Assembly: GCA_017477505.1 (NCBI GenBank)
Contig: JAFUVQ010000015.1
Coordinates: 86,192-150,191 of the forward strand
Source of the DNA: Eubacterium sp.
GTDB taxonomy: Bacteria > Bacillota > Clostridia > Lachnospirales > Lachnospiraceae
DNA: 64,000 bases
Direction: 5' to 3'
A program made the translations under genes and the position numbers. Positions 55,797 to 64,000 of this stretch are shown piece by piece. Numbering within the stretch: the stretch's first letter is position 1; every line of letters begins with the position of its first letter. The notes under the pieces were generated by a model. It saw only the letters and a program-made list of their open reading frames with translations. It did no database searches and was not told the origin of the DNA.

Positions 55797-57125
55797 TTAT
55801 CCAACATATGCAAGTGGGTTAACAGGTGTTCCGTTAATAACTATCTCGAAGTGGAGATGAGGACCTGTTGAGTATCCTGTAGATCCTACAAATCCGATGC
55901 AATCACCTGCGTTTACAGCCTGTCCTACTGAACAGTTGAAACCTGAAAGGTGCTGGTATACGGTAACGAATCCGCCACCATGGTTAACCATTACGTAATT
56001 ACCTCTTGCTACATTGTAGCCTACATAGTAAACGGCACCTGATGCAGCTGCGACAGCCTGAGTTCCTGTAGGAGCACCGATATCGATACCCTTATGGTTT
56101 GTGGAACCGATACCACCCGGTGACGCACGTCCACCGAATGTAGAAGTGATTCTGTGACTTGCAGGACATGGCCAGATAAATCCGCCTGCAAAGCTCTGAA
56201 CTACGACTTCTTTCTGAACTGTCTGAGTCTGTGTCTGGGTAGTAGTTTCAGTAGTTGTTGTCTTCTGAGTAGCATCTCCCGGACTTGCAGTAGAATTGGT
56301 TACTGTCTTTGTAACAGGAACCTGAACTGTGATTGTTTCTGTAGTAATAACCGTTACAGTCTTAGGAGCAGCAGCAGCGATTCTTTCGAGCTCTGCATCA
56401 GCTTCTCTTTCAAGCTGCTCGATATTTGCTATATCGATCTGTGTCTCGTTGATCTCACCGTTATACTCCTGAACCTTAGCCTGCTTGGCATTCTCATTCT
56501 CAACAAGAGTTGCTTTCTCGGCTTCGGCGTCATTCTTCAGAGTTTTGATCTCTGTAAGGTTGGACTGCAGGGTTTCCTGATAATCAGCAATTTCTGATTC
56601 AATCTTGATAAGTGAATTAAGCTGTTCCTGATCATAAGCAGAAATCTTGGAAACATACTCAGATGCATTATTGATATTGTCGAAATCTGTTACAGCGAGA
56701 AGAGCGTCTAAATATTCAACGTCGTTATTCTCATATGCGAAACGGATTCTTTCCTTCATCTCAGCATACTGATTATTCTCAGCAACATAAGCATTCTGAA
56801 GCTTAAGATCAATAACTGATATCTGAGATTCAAGCTTATTCCTTTCAGCTGTAAGTTCTCTTATCTTGTCTTCGGAATCAACAATCTTGCCATCAAGAAC
56901 CTTGATCTCGTCAAGAATCTTGGCCTTAGCATCATTCAGCTGATTCAGCTCATCCTTTTTTTGCTTTTTTTCTTCTTCGAGTTTTTCTTTTTCTTTTTCA
57001 ATCTCTTCTTTGGTCTTCTCGGCATGAACCGTGGAGCCAGGTACATTTGCCATTGAAAGACCGGTGCCTATAAGCATTACTGCTATAAGACCCTGAGAGA
57101 CCATCTTCTTAAATCCTAATCTCAC
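55797..57125 (-). CDS. Secreted coiled-coil + M23 (LytM-type) peptidoglycan endopeptidase
   Basis: GTG 57125 lies 7 nt after GGAGG. The signal/TM is MVSQGLIAVMLIGTGLSMA. A coiled coil of about 230 aa follows, then a Thr-rich linker. The M23 metal sites HKGIDIGAPTGT and GSTGYSTGPHLHFEI are intact. Confidence 0.9.
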   Translation of the reverse strand: MRLGFKKMVSQGLIAVMLIGTGLSMANVPGSTVHAEKTKEEIEKEKEKLEEEKKQKKDELNQLNDAKAKILDEIKVLDGKIVDSEDKIRELTAERNKLESQISVIDLKLQNAYVAENNQYAEMKERIRFAYENNDVEYLDALLAVTDFDNINNASEYVSKISAYDQEQLNSLIKIESEIADYQETLQSNLTEIKTLKNDAEAEKATLVENENAKQAKVQEYNGEINETQIDIANIEQLEREADAELERIAAAAPKTVTVITTETITVQVPVTKTVTNSTASPGDATQKTTTTETTTQTQTQTVQKEVVVQSFAGGFIWPCPASHRITSTFGGRASPGGIGSTNHKGIDIGAPTGTQAVAAASGAVYYVGYNVARGNYVMVNHGGGFVTVYQHLSGFNCSVGQAVNAGDCIGFVGSTGYSTGPHLHFEIVINGTPVNPLAYVG

Positions 57126-57158
57126 TATTCTACCTCCGTTTTATTCATTGGCCATCTG

Positions 57159-57167
57159 ATTATATCA
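57159..57167 (-). promoter_or_regulatory. Extended -10 (TGATATAAT) of the M23 gene promoter
   Basis: The minus strand reads TGaTATAAT, about 35 nt upstream of the GTG start. Confidence 0.55.
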
Positions 57168-57197
57168 CATACATTTAATAAATGGAAGAGGAAATTT

Positions 57198-57214
57198 GTA
57201 ACACTTTTGTAACA
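57198..57214 (-). promoter_or_regulatory. WalR/VicR-type direct repeat TGTTAC-AAAAG-TGTTAC
   Basis: The minus strand matches the published TGTWAH-N5-TGTWAH consensus exactly, 33 nt upstream of the -10 element. Confidence 0.5.
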
Positions 57215-57221
57215 AAGTATG

Positions 57222-57255
57222 AAAAAAATATGGCATACTGTTAAACAATATGCCG
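57222..57255 (-). terminator. Rho-independent terminator of the LemA-like gene
   Basis: The minus strand reads GGCATA-TTGTTTAACAG-TATGCC followed by ATATTTTTTT. Confidence 0.6.
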
Positions 57256-57294
57256 AGAGTATAAAAATTATGTTAATTAAAATGGAACATTATG

Positions 57295-57912
57295 TTAATC
57301 AGTGGTTTTTTCGGTGTTTCTCTTGTCTACATATATGAATTGAGAACGTGAAAGTTTGTTTCTGTACTGCGCTATAAGATTAGCCGGGAAATGCTTTATG
57401 TAGCTGTTAAAGTTTTTGGTTGCATTGTTGTATTTTGTAGCAGCAAGAGCAAGTTCGGTATGGATTTCATCATATTTCGCAAGCAGTGTATCAAGGCTTT
57501 CCGACTTTACAGACGGATTTTCTTTGATAAGGTCTTTCAAAGCAAGCTCTGCATCCTGCATCATATTAAAATTGTATAGCTGTGTAGCCGGACTCATACC
57601 AAGTGAGAGCATTGGCTCTTTCTTAAGATCGGCAGATATTTTGATGCCTGCCTCCTCAAGAATAGGGATGATCTTGTTTTTGTTGAAGTTCATATCCCAT
57701 ATAAGAGTATCTATATGACCGCCTGAGTTTTTGGCTTTATTATCCAGCTCGGATATCTGCATCAGATTCCTCAGGTAGATTACACCCACAAATACTATAA
57801 AAATTAAAGTGAAGACACCCAGTGCTTCAAAAAGAATTCTGGTCATATCGGATGTGGATGATACGTTTTCGGTTTCGGTAAGATATACGGTATTTGTTAA
57901 AACACTGAACAT
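57295..57912 (-). CDS. LemA-family membrane protein (tentative)
   Basis: One N-terminal TM (VFTLIFIVFVGVIYL). The C-terminal stretch ATKYNNATKNFNSYIKHFPANLIAQ resembles the LemA RxxYNxxVxxYNxxIxxFPxNLvA motif. Confidence 0.5.
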   Translation of the reverse strand: MFSVLTNTVYLTETENVSSTSDMTRILFEALGVFTLIFIVFVGVIYLRNLMQISELDNKAKNSGGHIDTLIWDMNFNKNKIIPILEEAGIKISADLKKEPMLSLGMSPATQLYNFNMMQDAELALKDLIKENPSVKSESLDTLLAKYDEIHTELALAATKYNNATKNFNSYIKHFPANLIAQYRNKLSRSQFIYVDKRNTEKTTD

Positions 57913-58153
57913 TTCAAATTACCTCATTTCTGTAATGATACATATTGCTTATAATGGATCATTCGCATAGACAAAGATAATTTTACTATTCTTTAGCTCG
58001 AAAGTCGAGAAGAAATTATAAGGGTTTGGCGTGGAATATTTTATACTAATGTGTTAAAATATACATTTAAGTGACCGGATGGCGTCACCCGGTGGGGTTA
58101 ATAAGGGTGATGTTATTTATAATCAAACGTAAATCATTTCGGAGGTGTTTTAA

Positions 58154-60211
58154 ATGCAGGAATTATATGAAAACAGAGAACTGTCCTGGCTCAGGTTCAA
58201 TGAAAGAGTTTTGGAAGAAGCAGAGGATGAGAGAAATCCTCTTTGCGAGAGACTCAGCTTCATTTCTATTTTCCAGACAAATCTTGATGAGTTCTTTATG
58301 GTAAGAGTAGGTTCGCTTCATGATGAGATGCTTCTGGGGGATGAATCCAGAGAGAACAAGACGAATATGACACCGGGTGAGCAGCTCGAAGCGATAAGAG
58401 AGAGAGTCCGTGAGCTTACAAAAAGGAGAGATGCGATTTATAAGATTCTTATGAGTGAGCTGGAGAAGCAGAATATCCATATTATTCATTTTTCAAAGCT
58501 TGATGCTTCCGAAGGTGAATATCTGAGAATGTATTTCGACAGAGAAGTGCTTCCGCTGCTTTCTCCGATGACGGTAAGCAAGAAGCAGCCATTTCCATTT
58601 ATAAAGAATAATGAAATATGTGCCGCAGCCGTTCTGGGAACGAAGAACAACAAGAAGAGGATAGGTATAATCCCTTGTAATACGGGTATGTTCAAGAGGC
58701 TTATAGAGATTCCGGGCAGGAAAGGCTTCTATATGCTGGCTGAGGAGCTGATACTTCATTTCATACCTGAGGTCTTCCCTGGATATAGTATTGTAAGTAA
58801 GACTCTTTTCAGAGTTACAAGAAATGCAGATATTGACGCTGATAAAGTTTATGATGAAGAGCTGAATTACCGCGACCATATGGAGGAGGTAATCAAGCAG
58901 AGACGTAAGCTTACACCTGTAAGAATAGAATATACCAGAGATATCGATGAGGCTGCGATGAAGACCATCGTTAAGACTCTTAAGATTGACAAGAATATGG
59001 CATTTAAGATTTCAGCACCGCTGGACCTTTCATTTGTCTTTGATATTCAGGATATACTCAGAAATAAGCCTGAGCTCTTCTTCGAGAAGAGAATTCCTCA
59101 GAAGTCAAATGATTTTGATGAGAGAAAACCGCTTCTTCCGCAGATTCTTGAGAAGGACAAGTTCCTTTCTTATCCTTATGAGAGTATCAGACCTTTCCTC
59201 AATATGCTTCATGAGGCGGCAAATGATCCTGATGTCGTTTCCATAAAGATGACACTTTACAGGCTTGCCAAACACAGCAAAGTGGTTGAAGCATTGGTGG
59301 AGGCTGCCGAGAACGGAAAGCAGGTTGATGTACTGGTTGAGCTTAAGGCAAGATTTGACGAAGAGAACAATATCGGATGGTCACGAATGCTTGAGCAGGC
59401 AGGGTGTCACGTAATCTACGGACTTAACGGAATTAAGGTTCACAGTAAACTTTGTCTTATAACCATGCGTACTCCGGAAGGTGTCAGATATATAACTCAG
59501 ATAGGAACAGGAAACTACAACGAGAAGACCGCAAGACTTTATACCGATCTCAGTATCATGACGGCAAATGAGAAGATAGGTGCCGAGGCTGCAAAGGTAT
59601 TCCAGACACTGTCTCTCGGTGAAGTAATGAAGACCACACAGAGCCTTCTGGTTGCACCTAAGTGCCTGCAGAAGAAGATCATTGACAGGATTGACAGTGA
59701 GATACAGATTGCAAAGGATGGCGGTGAAGGATATCTGGGATTCAAGATAAATTCACTTACTGATAAGAAGATCATCGATAAGATTATCGAGGCATCGGAA
59801 GCCGGAGTTAAGGTGGAAATGGTTGTAAGAGGCATTTGCTGTCTTCACTCCAAGATTCCCGGAAAGACTGATAATATAAGGATCATCAGTATAGTAGGAA
59901 GATTCCTTGAGCATTCAAGAATTTATATATTTGGTAAGGGCGAAAGAGAAGAGATATACATCTCGTCTGCTGACTTTATGACCAGAAATACTGTAAGAAG
60001 AGTGGAGGTTGCTGCACCTATACTTGATCCTGATATCAAGGATGAGATAAGGTCAATGTTTAATCTCTGCCTCAGTGATAATGTTAAGGCAAGAGAACAG
60101 AGTGCTGACGGTATTTATAGATATGTTACACATACCGAACCACCGGTCAATGCACAGGAAAAGCTTTATGAACAGGCGTATGAACGGGCCGGCGCTTCAA
60201 TGCAGGATTAA
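58154..60211 (+). CDS. ppk1: Polyphosphate kinase 1
   Basis: RELSWLRFNERVLEEA, FISIFQTNLDEFFMVRV, GIKVHSKLCLI (phospho-His context), IGTGNYNEKTARLYTD and RFLEHSRIYIFG are present. The 685-aa length fits. Confidence 0.95.
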   Translation: MQELYENRELSWLRFNERVLEEAEDERNPLCERLSFISIFQTNLDEFFMVRVGSLHDEMLLGDESRENKTNMTPGEQLEAIRERVRELTKRRDAIYKILMSELEKQNIHIIHFSKLDASEGEYLRMYFDREVLPLLSPMTVSKKQPFPFIKNNEICAAAVLGTKNNKKRIGIIPCNTGMFKRLIEIPGRKGFYMLAEELILHFIPEVFPGYSIVSKTLFRVTRNADIDADKVYDEELNYRDHMEEVIKQRRKLTPVRIEYTRDIDEAAMKTIVKTLKIDKNMAFKISAPLDLSFVFDIQDILRNKPELFFEKRIPQKSNDFDERKPLLPQILEKDKFLSYPYESIRPFLNMLHEAANDPDVVSIKMTLYRLAKHSKVVEALVEAAENGKQVDVLVELKARFDEENNIGWSRMLEQAGCHVIYGLNGIKVHSKLCLITMRTPEGVRYITQIGTGNYNEKTARLYTDLSIMTANEKIGAEAAKVFQTLSLGEVMKTTQSLLVAPKCLQKKIIDRIDSEIQIAKDGGEGYLGFKINSLTDKKIIDKIIEASEAGVKVEMVVRGICCLHSKIPGKTDNIRIISIVGRFLEHSRIYIFGKGEREEIYISSADFMTRNTVRRVEVAAPILDPDIKDEIRSMFNLCLSDNVKAREQSADGIYRYVTHTEPPVNAQEKLYEQAYERAGASMQD

Positions 60212-60252
60212 TGGATGATTAGAATAAATGGGGCAAACAGAGGCTGCCTTGT

Positions 60253-61692
60253 ATGAAGGAAAAGAAAAAACTACAATTTCATATAAGTCTTAGGGGCTTT
60301 GTGGCAGCTTCTATTATTCTGGTTCTGATTCTCGGGCTGGCAGCGATATCCTGTGTGATGATTTTTTTCTCCTATAAGAGTACTGATGAGAACATACTCT
60401 TTGTTACTGAAAACAATGCGGATGTAGTCATAAAAAGGATGCTTTCCGAGGATACATCCGATGAACATTTCAGAGCTTTTGTGGAAGAGGCGGCTTTCAG
60501 TCAGGAAGGCAGGATCATAGTCGTAGACAGGAATTATAAGATACTTGCCGATTCGGCAGTTCTTTCCGGCGAAGAGAAGGAAAAGGCGTATATCATTTCT
60601 CCTGAAGTAATATCAGTCATGACCGGTGATAAGAGCGGCATAAGAGTGATCAGAGGGGATTTTGCAAAGGTTATTATTCCTGCAAGAAATCCTTCGGGTG
60701 ACATTGTCGGCACGATAATATCCACATCAGCCATGGTTAGAGCCAATAAGGTTCACGAGGACATAAAACATATCAATATAGTTGCTCTCTTCATAATCCT
60801 TGTTATCGGTGTTGTTCTTGCATTGTTTTTGTCATGGATTGTTGTTAGAGAACTTAATTCGGTAAATGAACAGATCAGCAATGTTGCCGAGGGTAATTTC
60901 GATACCGAGCTTTCGGTAAGAGGTTTTAGTGAAATCCGTTACCTTGCAGATAATTACAATAAAGTACTAGGCAAGCTTGATACCATAGATTCGGGGCGTC
61001 AGGAATTTGTTTCAAATGTGTCGCATGAGCTTAAGACTCCTATGACTTCCATGAAGGTTCTGGCAGAGTCACTGGTTCAGAATGAAGGAGCCACTGCCGA
61101 GGACTATCGTGAGTTTATGGGTGATATCATCGATGAGGTTGACAGAGAGACTGCGCTTATCAATGACCTTCTTACACTTGTTAAAACAGACAAGAAAAAT
61201 GCTGTTCTCAATATAGAGGAGCATAATATCGGAGAACTGATTGGGATTATCATAAGAAGAGTATCACCTGTGGCCGAGGCCAGGAGCATAGATATTCAGT
61301 ACAGCGAATATAAGGAGGTTATAGCGGAAGTTGATAATGTGAAGCTTCTGCTTGTCATTTCGAATATAATAACCAATGCCATTAAGTACAATGTGGATAA
61401 CGGATGGGTAAGGATAACTCTCAATGCGGACGGAAAGTTCTTCTATATCAAAGTCGCTGATTCGGGCATAGGTATTCCTGATGATGCTAAGGACAAAGTC
61501 TTCGACAGATTCTACAGGGTTGACAAGGCGAGAAGCCGTGATACCGGTGGTACCGGACTGGGACTTGCCATAGCAAGAAATATCATTTTTGCCCATGGCG
61601 GAAATATTAAGCTTTATTCAGAATTTGGAAACGGAACTACATTTACTATTAAACTGCCTATAAAGCAGGAGGGTTATGTTGCTGAAGAATAA
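60253..61692 (+). CDS. Sensor histidine kinase (2 TM, extracytoplasmic domain, HAMP, HisKA, HATPase_c); no adjacent response regulator
   Basis: H-box FVSNVSHELKTPMTSM, N-box ISNIITNAIKYN, G1 VADSGIGIP and G2 GGTGLGLAIA. A HAMP domain follows TM2. Confidence 0.9.
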   Translation: MKEKKKLQFHISLRGFVAASIILVLILGLAAISCVMIFFSYKSTDENILFVTENNADVVIKRMLSEDTSDEHFRAFVEEAAFSQEGRIIVVDRNYKILADSAVLSGEEKEKAYIISPEVISVMTGDKSGIRVIRGDFAKVIIPARNPSGDIVGTIISTSAMVRANKVHEDIKHINIVALFIILVIGVVLALFLSWIVVRELNSVNEQISNVAEGNFDTELSVRGFSEIRYLADNYNKVLGKLDTIDSGRQEFVSNVSHELKTPMTSMKVLAESLVQNEGATAEDYREFMGDIIDEVDRETALINDLLTLVKTDKKNAVLNIEEHNIGELIGIIIRRVSPVAEARSIDIQYSEYKEVIAEVDNVKLLLVISNIITNAIKYNVDNGWVRITLNADGKFFYIKVADSGIGIPDDAKDKVFDRFYRVDKARSRDTGGTGLGLAIARNIIFAHGGNIKLYSEFGNGTTFTIKLPIKQEGYVAEE

Positions 61693-62173
61693 GATAAAAA
61701 TGAGTGCATTATGTACTTTCATATGCCTGGGCATTTTTACATTTGCAGCCTGCGGAAAAACACCGGAGGAGAAGACTACCGTTTCGTCTGTTTCCGGTAT
61801 GGTAAATGAAAGCAGTATGGTCACGGTTTATGATATAAAGAATGACCGTATAGAAGCAAGGACTGACAGATACCAGCTGAAACAGCCTGAATCAATACCG
61901 GCAGCGACGGAAGAGCTGATGGCGGTTTTTACGGTTCCGGAAAGTGTATCTTATGTCGGATATACAGTTGATGAATCCAGCAATGTTATTATTATTCTGA
62001 ACGGAACTGCAGCATCGGAGGAAGATGTCGTACTTACAAAGGCTGCTCTTGTGAAGACACTGTCCCAGATACATACTATCAATAAGGTGATTATAGAGAT
62101 AAGTGATGACGGGGGAAATATTATAGAAAAAGCCACATATACAGATGCTTCATTTCTATATCTGGAAGACTGA
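61676..62173 (+). CDS. Lipoprotein coupled to the histidine kinase (GerMN-like domain is only a guess)
   Basis: It overlaps the kinase stop by 17 nt. The lipobox reads LGIFTFAAC. An alternative start is ATG 61700. Confidence 0.6.
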   Translation: MLLKNKIKMSALCTFICLGIFTFAACGKTPEEKTTVSSVSGMVNESSMVTVYDIKNDRIEARTDRYQLKQPESIPAATEELMAVFTVPESVSYVGYTVDESSNVIIILNGTAASEEDVVLTKAALVKTLSQIHTINKVIIEISDDGGNIIEKATYTDASFLYLED

Positions 62174-62212
62174 ATAAGCCCTCTAAGCTTTAAGATACGG
62201 AGGAAGATTATA

Positions 62213-64000
62213 TGAGAAGACCTCTCATGACGGTCGGGGCTTTGCTGCTTCTTGGAGAAGTGGCGGGAGCAAATGTCCTGATCCGGAATGACATCTTCAT
62301 ATTTGCTGCGACGGCAGCTTTAATAATGATATATATAAGCAACAGATACGATGCGCCTCAAAAAAAATGCTCGTATCTGTTGCTTTTTTTTGTATTCATC
62401 GCGGGAGGTATGATAGGAATATCAAGTAATCATGCGGTTTTCGAAAGGAAAATGAATGACAGCGGTTGTTGCATCACTTGTGAGATTATGTCAACCGAAG
62501 AAAAAGGGTACTATACATATCTGATCGTGAGAGATTCCCGGGGAGAGAAACACCTGATCAAAATGACTGAAATGAAAGACGCGGAATTAATACCGGGATA
62601 TTATATTGAGGTTGAAGGAAGTTATGAGGGGTTCAGCTCTGCTTCAAATCCCGGTGGTTACAGTGAGAAGGATTATTACGAGGGTATAGGACTGAGCAAT
62701 ATCATATCTGTGGGCAGGATCCGCGATACGGGAAGAAGAAATTATCTCAGGCTTTTCCTTTATAACGTGAAAAATCATATGAAAGAGGGACTTTACCTGA
62801 CTATGGCAGAGAAGGAGGCGGGAGTTGTTGCCGCCATGATACTCGGGGAGAGAAACGGTCTGGATAAGGAACTGAAAACTTTGTATCAGGAGAGCGGCAT
62901 AGCACATATTCTGGCTATCTCCTCACTACACGTAATGCTCATAGGCTCATTTCTCATAAAGATATTCCGGATGCTCGGGATAAAAAGGAATAAGGCATCT
63001 TATTTAACTATTTTTATATTGATGCTTTATGGAATGATGACAGGATTTGCAGCATCTACACTTCGGGCGGCAGTAATGATATCATTATCACTTTTGGCAG
63101 CAAGACTCAGGCGGAAGGAGGATATGGCAACTTCACTCTGCATTGCCATGATCATTATCGGTATCACGAATCCCCACATATTAACAGGCGCAGGGAATAT
63201 ACTGAGTCTTGCTGCAGTGATCGGAGTTATGGCAGGACGATATATCTATGACAGCGTTTTTGGAAAAGAAAGATTTTTGAGGATTAAAAAGAAGTACAGG
63301 AAGTATATGAAAGGAATGATTAAGGGCGTGATAATGTCAGTTTCTATAAATGCTGTGATGCTGCCGGTAATAATCTACAATTATTATGAGGTTCCGGTTT
63401 TTGGCATGATACTAAATCTTGTCGTGATTCCGCTTCTGACAGTTGTGGTCGGTGCAGGGTTCGTGGCCGGGATACTTGGTATGGTATCGGGAGCTTTTGG
63501 AGCAAATGTTATTGGAGATGCCTTTTTATGGTGCGGCAGGGCAGCGGGTTTTGTTTCGGAAATGATACTCAGGATGTATGAGACTATGTGTAAGGTCAGT
63601 ATAAAGATACCGGTTTCCAGAGTTATTTCGGGACATACGGATCTGATTCACGTAAGTATTTATTATCTGCTGATTGGAGCATTTATTTATATTTTTTTGA
63701 TTACTGTGAGGAGAAGAATCGTTAAAGATCATGAAGGCAGCAGGTCCGGCGGGTTTAGTGACGAAGATGTAATGAAAATGAGGATTATGCTGACAGCCGG
63801 GTTGAAATATGTTTTTTCAATGCTGGGCCTGGCAGGTTTGTTGATAGCAAGTGTATGGATAAGAAATATGAGCCATACGGGTGTGGCATTCCTTGATGTG
63901 GGACAGGGAAACTGCTGTGTCATCCATGGCGGCTTCAGCGGGAACTATATTTATGATGCGGGTTCAAGCGACAGGGAGAATGTGGGAACCTATGTCCTGG
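62213..64000 (+). CDS. comEC: ComEC/Rec2 DNA-uptake channel protein; the 3' end lies outside the window
   Basis: It is absent from the ORF track because it runs off the window. ATG 62213 follows GGAGGA. My translation gives SNPGGYSEKDYYEGIGL, VVAAMILGERNGLDKELKTLYQESGIAHILAISSLHVMLIG (competence-domain signature) and, near the end, VAFLDVGQGNCCVIHGG (start of the metallo-beta-lactamase domain). Confidence 0.85.

Noticed and set aside
58071-58304. 77-aa + strand ORF overlapping the ppk1 start
   Set aside because: It is out of frame with ppk1, whose N-terminal motifs begin at 58154 after a good RBS. The ORF has no RBS or motif.
1-64000. Search for canonical defence or mobile systems (Cas, restriction-modification, reverse transcriptase/retron/DGR, toxin-antitoxin, abortive infection, transposons, prophage)
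   Set aside because: By eye I recognised no diagnostic motifs: no RT YxDD, no HNH/PD-(D/E)xK context with methylase motifs, no DDE or tyrosine/serine recombinase signatures, and no phage structural genes. The unusual content of this window appears to be metabolic and envelope-related rather than defence-related. A profile-HMM scan (for example DefenseFinder/PADLOC) would be needed to exclude divergent systems.

Overview
This is a 64-kb chromosomal segment of a low-GC Firmicute. SLH anchors, GH9/GH5 cellulases, SpoIIE-type phosphatases and Thr/Glu-rich linkers best fit a fibrolytic Lachnospiraceae/Butyrivibrio-like gut or rumen anaerobe; that taxonomic call is inference only. I support about 49 protein genes (all but three on the + strand) and two single minus-strand tRNAs (Arg-ACG, Gln-CTG). 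I recognised no rRNA, CRISPR, transposase, integrase, phage, restriction or toxin-antitoxin genes. Layout: (1) 1-16.9 kb is a cell-surface glycan block. It holds an SLH protein, a GH9 lipoprotein cellulase, an O-acyltransferase, a Stealth phosphotransferase, a GT4, a 1.7k-aa GH5/CAP/Ig/SLH protein, a Gln/Gly-repeat membrane protein, a SpoIIE phosphatase with a HATPase kinase, and an inverted GT4 paralogue. (2) 17-27 kb holds a K+ channel, an unknown Cys/His protein, a putative glycerol-1-phosphate dehydrogenase next to a GlpA-like/DUF1667 trio, glyA and ftsH. (3) 27.2-39.9 kb is the most unusual part: a near-gapless 12-ORF cluster. It combines three membrane-anchored alpha/beta hydrolases, an adenylation-carrier didomain, two PlsC acyltransferases, an acyl-AMP ligase, a stand-alone carrier protein, DegV (FakB-like), a GPH-type MFS transporter and a Dak2/FakA-like kinase. 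I read it as a candidate undescribed lipid salvage/remodelling system. (4) 39.9-55.7 kb holds ABC exporters, a second SpoIIE phosphatase, a DHH phosphoesterase, an SSS symporter, cvfB, a membrane-fused spermidine-synthase-like protein, htrA and a pseudouridine synthase. (5) 55.8-64 kb holds a coiled-coil M23 hydrolase preceded by a perfect WalR-type direct repeat, then LemA, ppk1, an orphan histidine kinase, a lipoprotein and comEC (3'-truncated). All family calls come from motifs read by eye; no searches were run.
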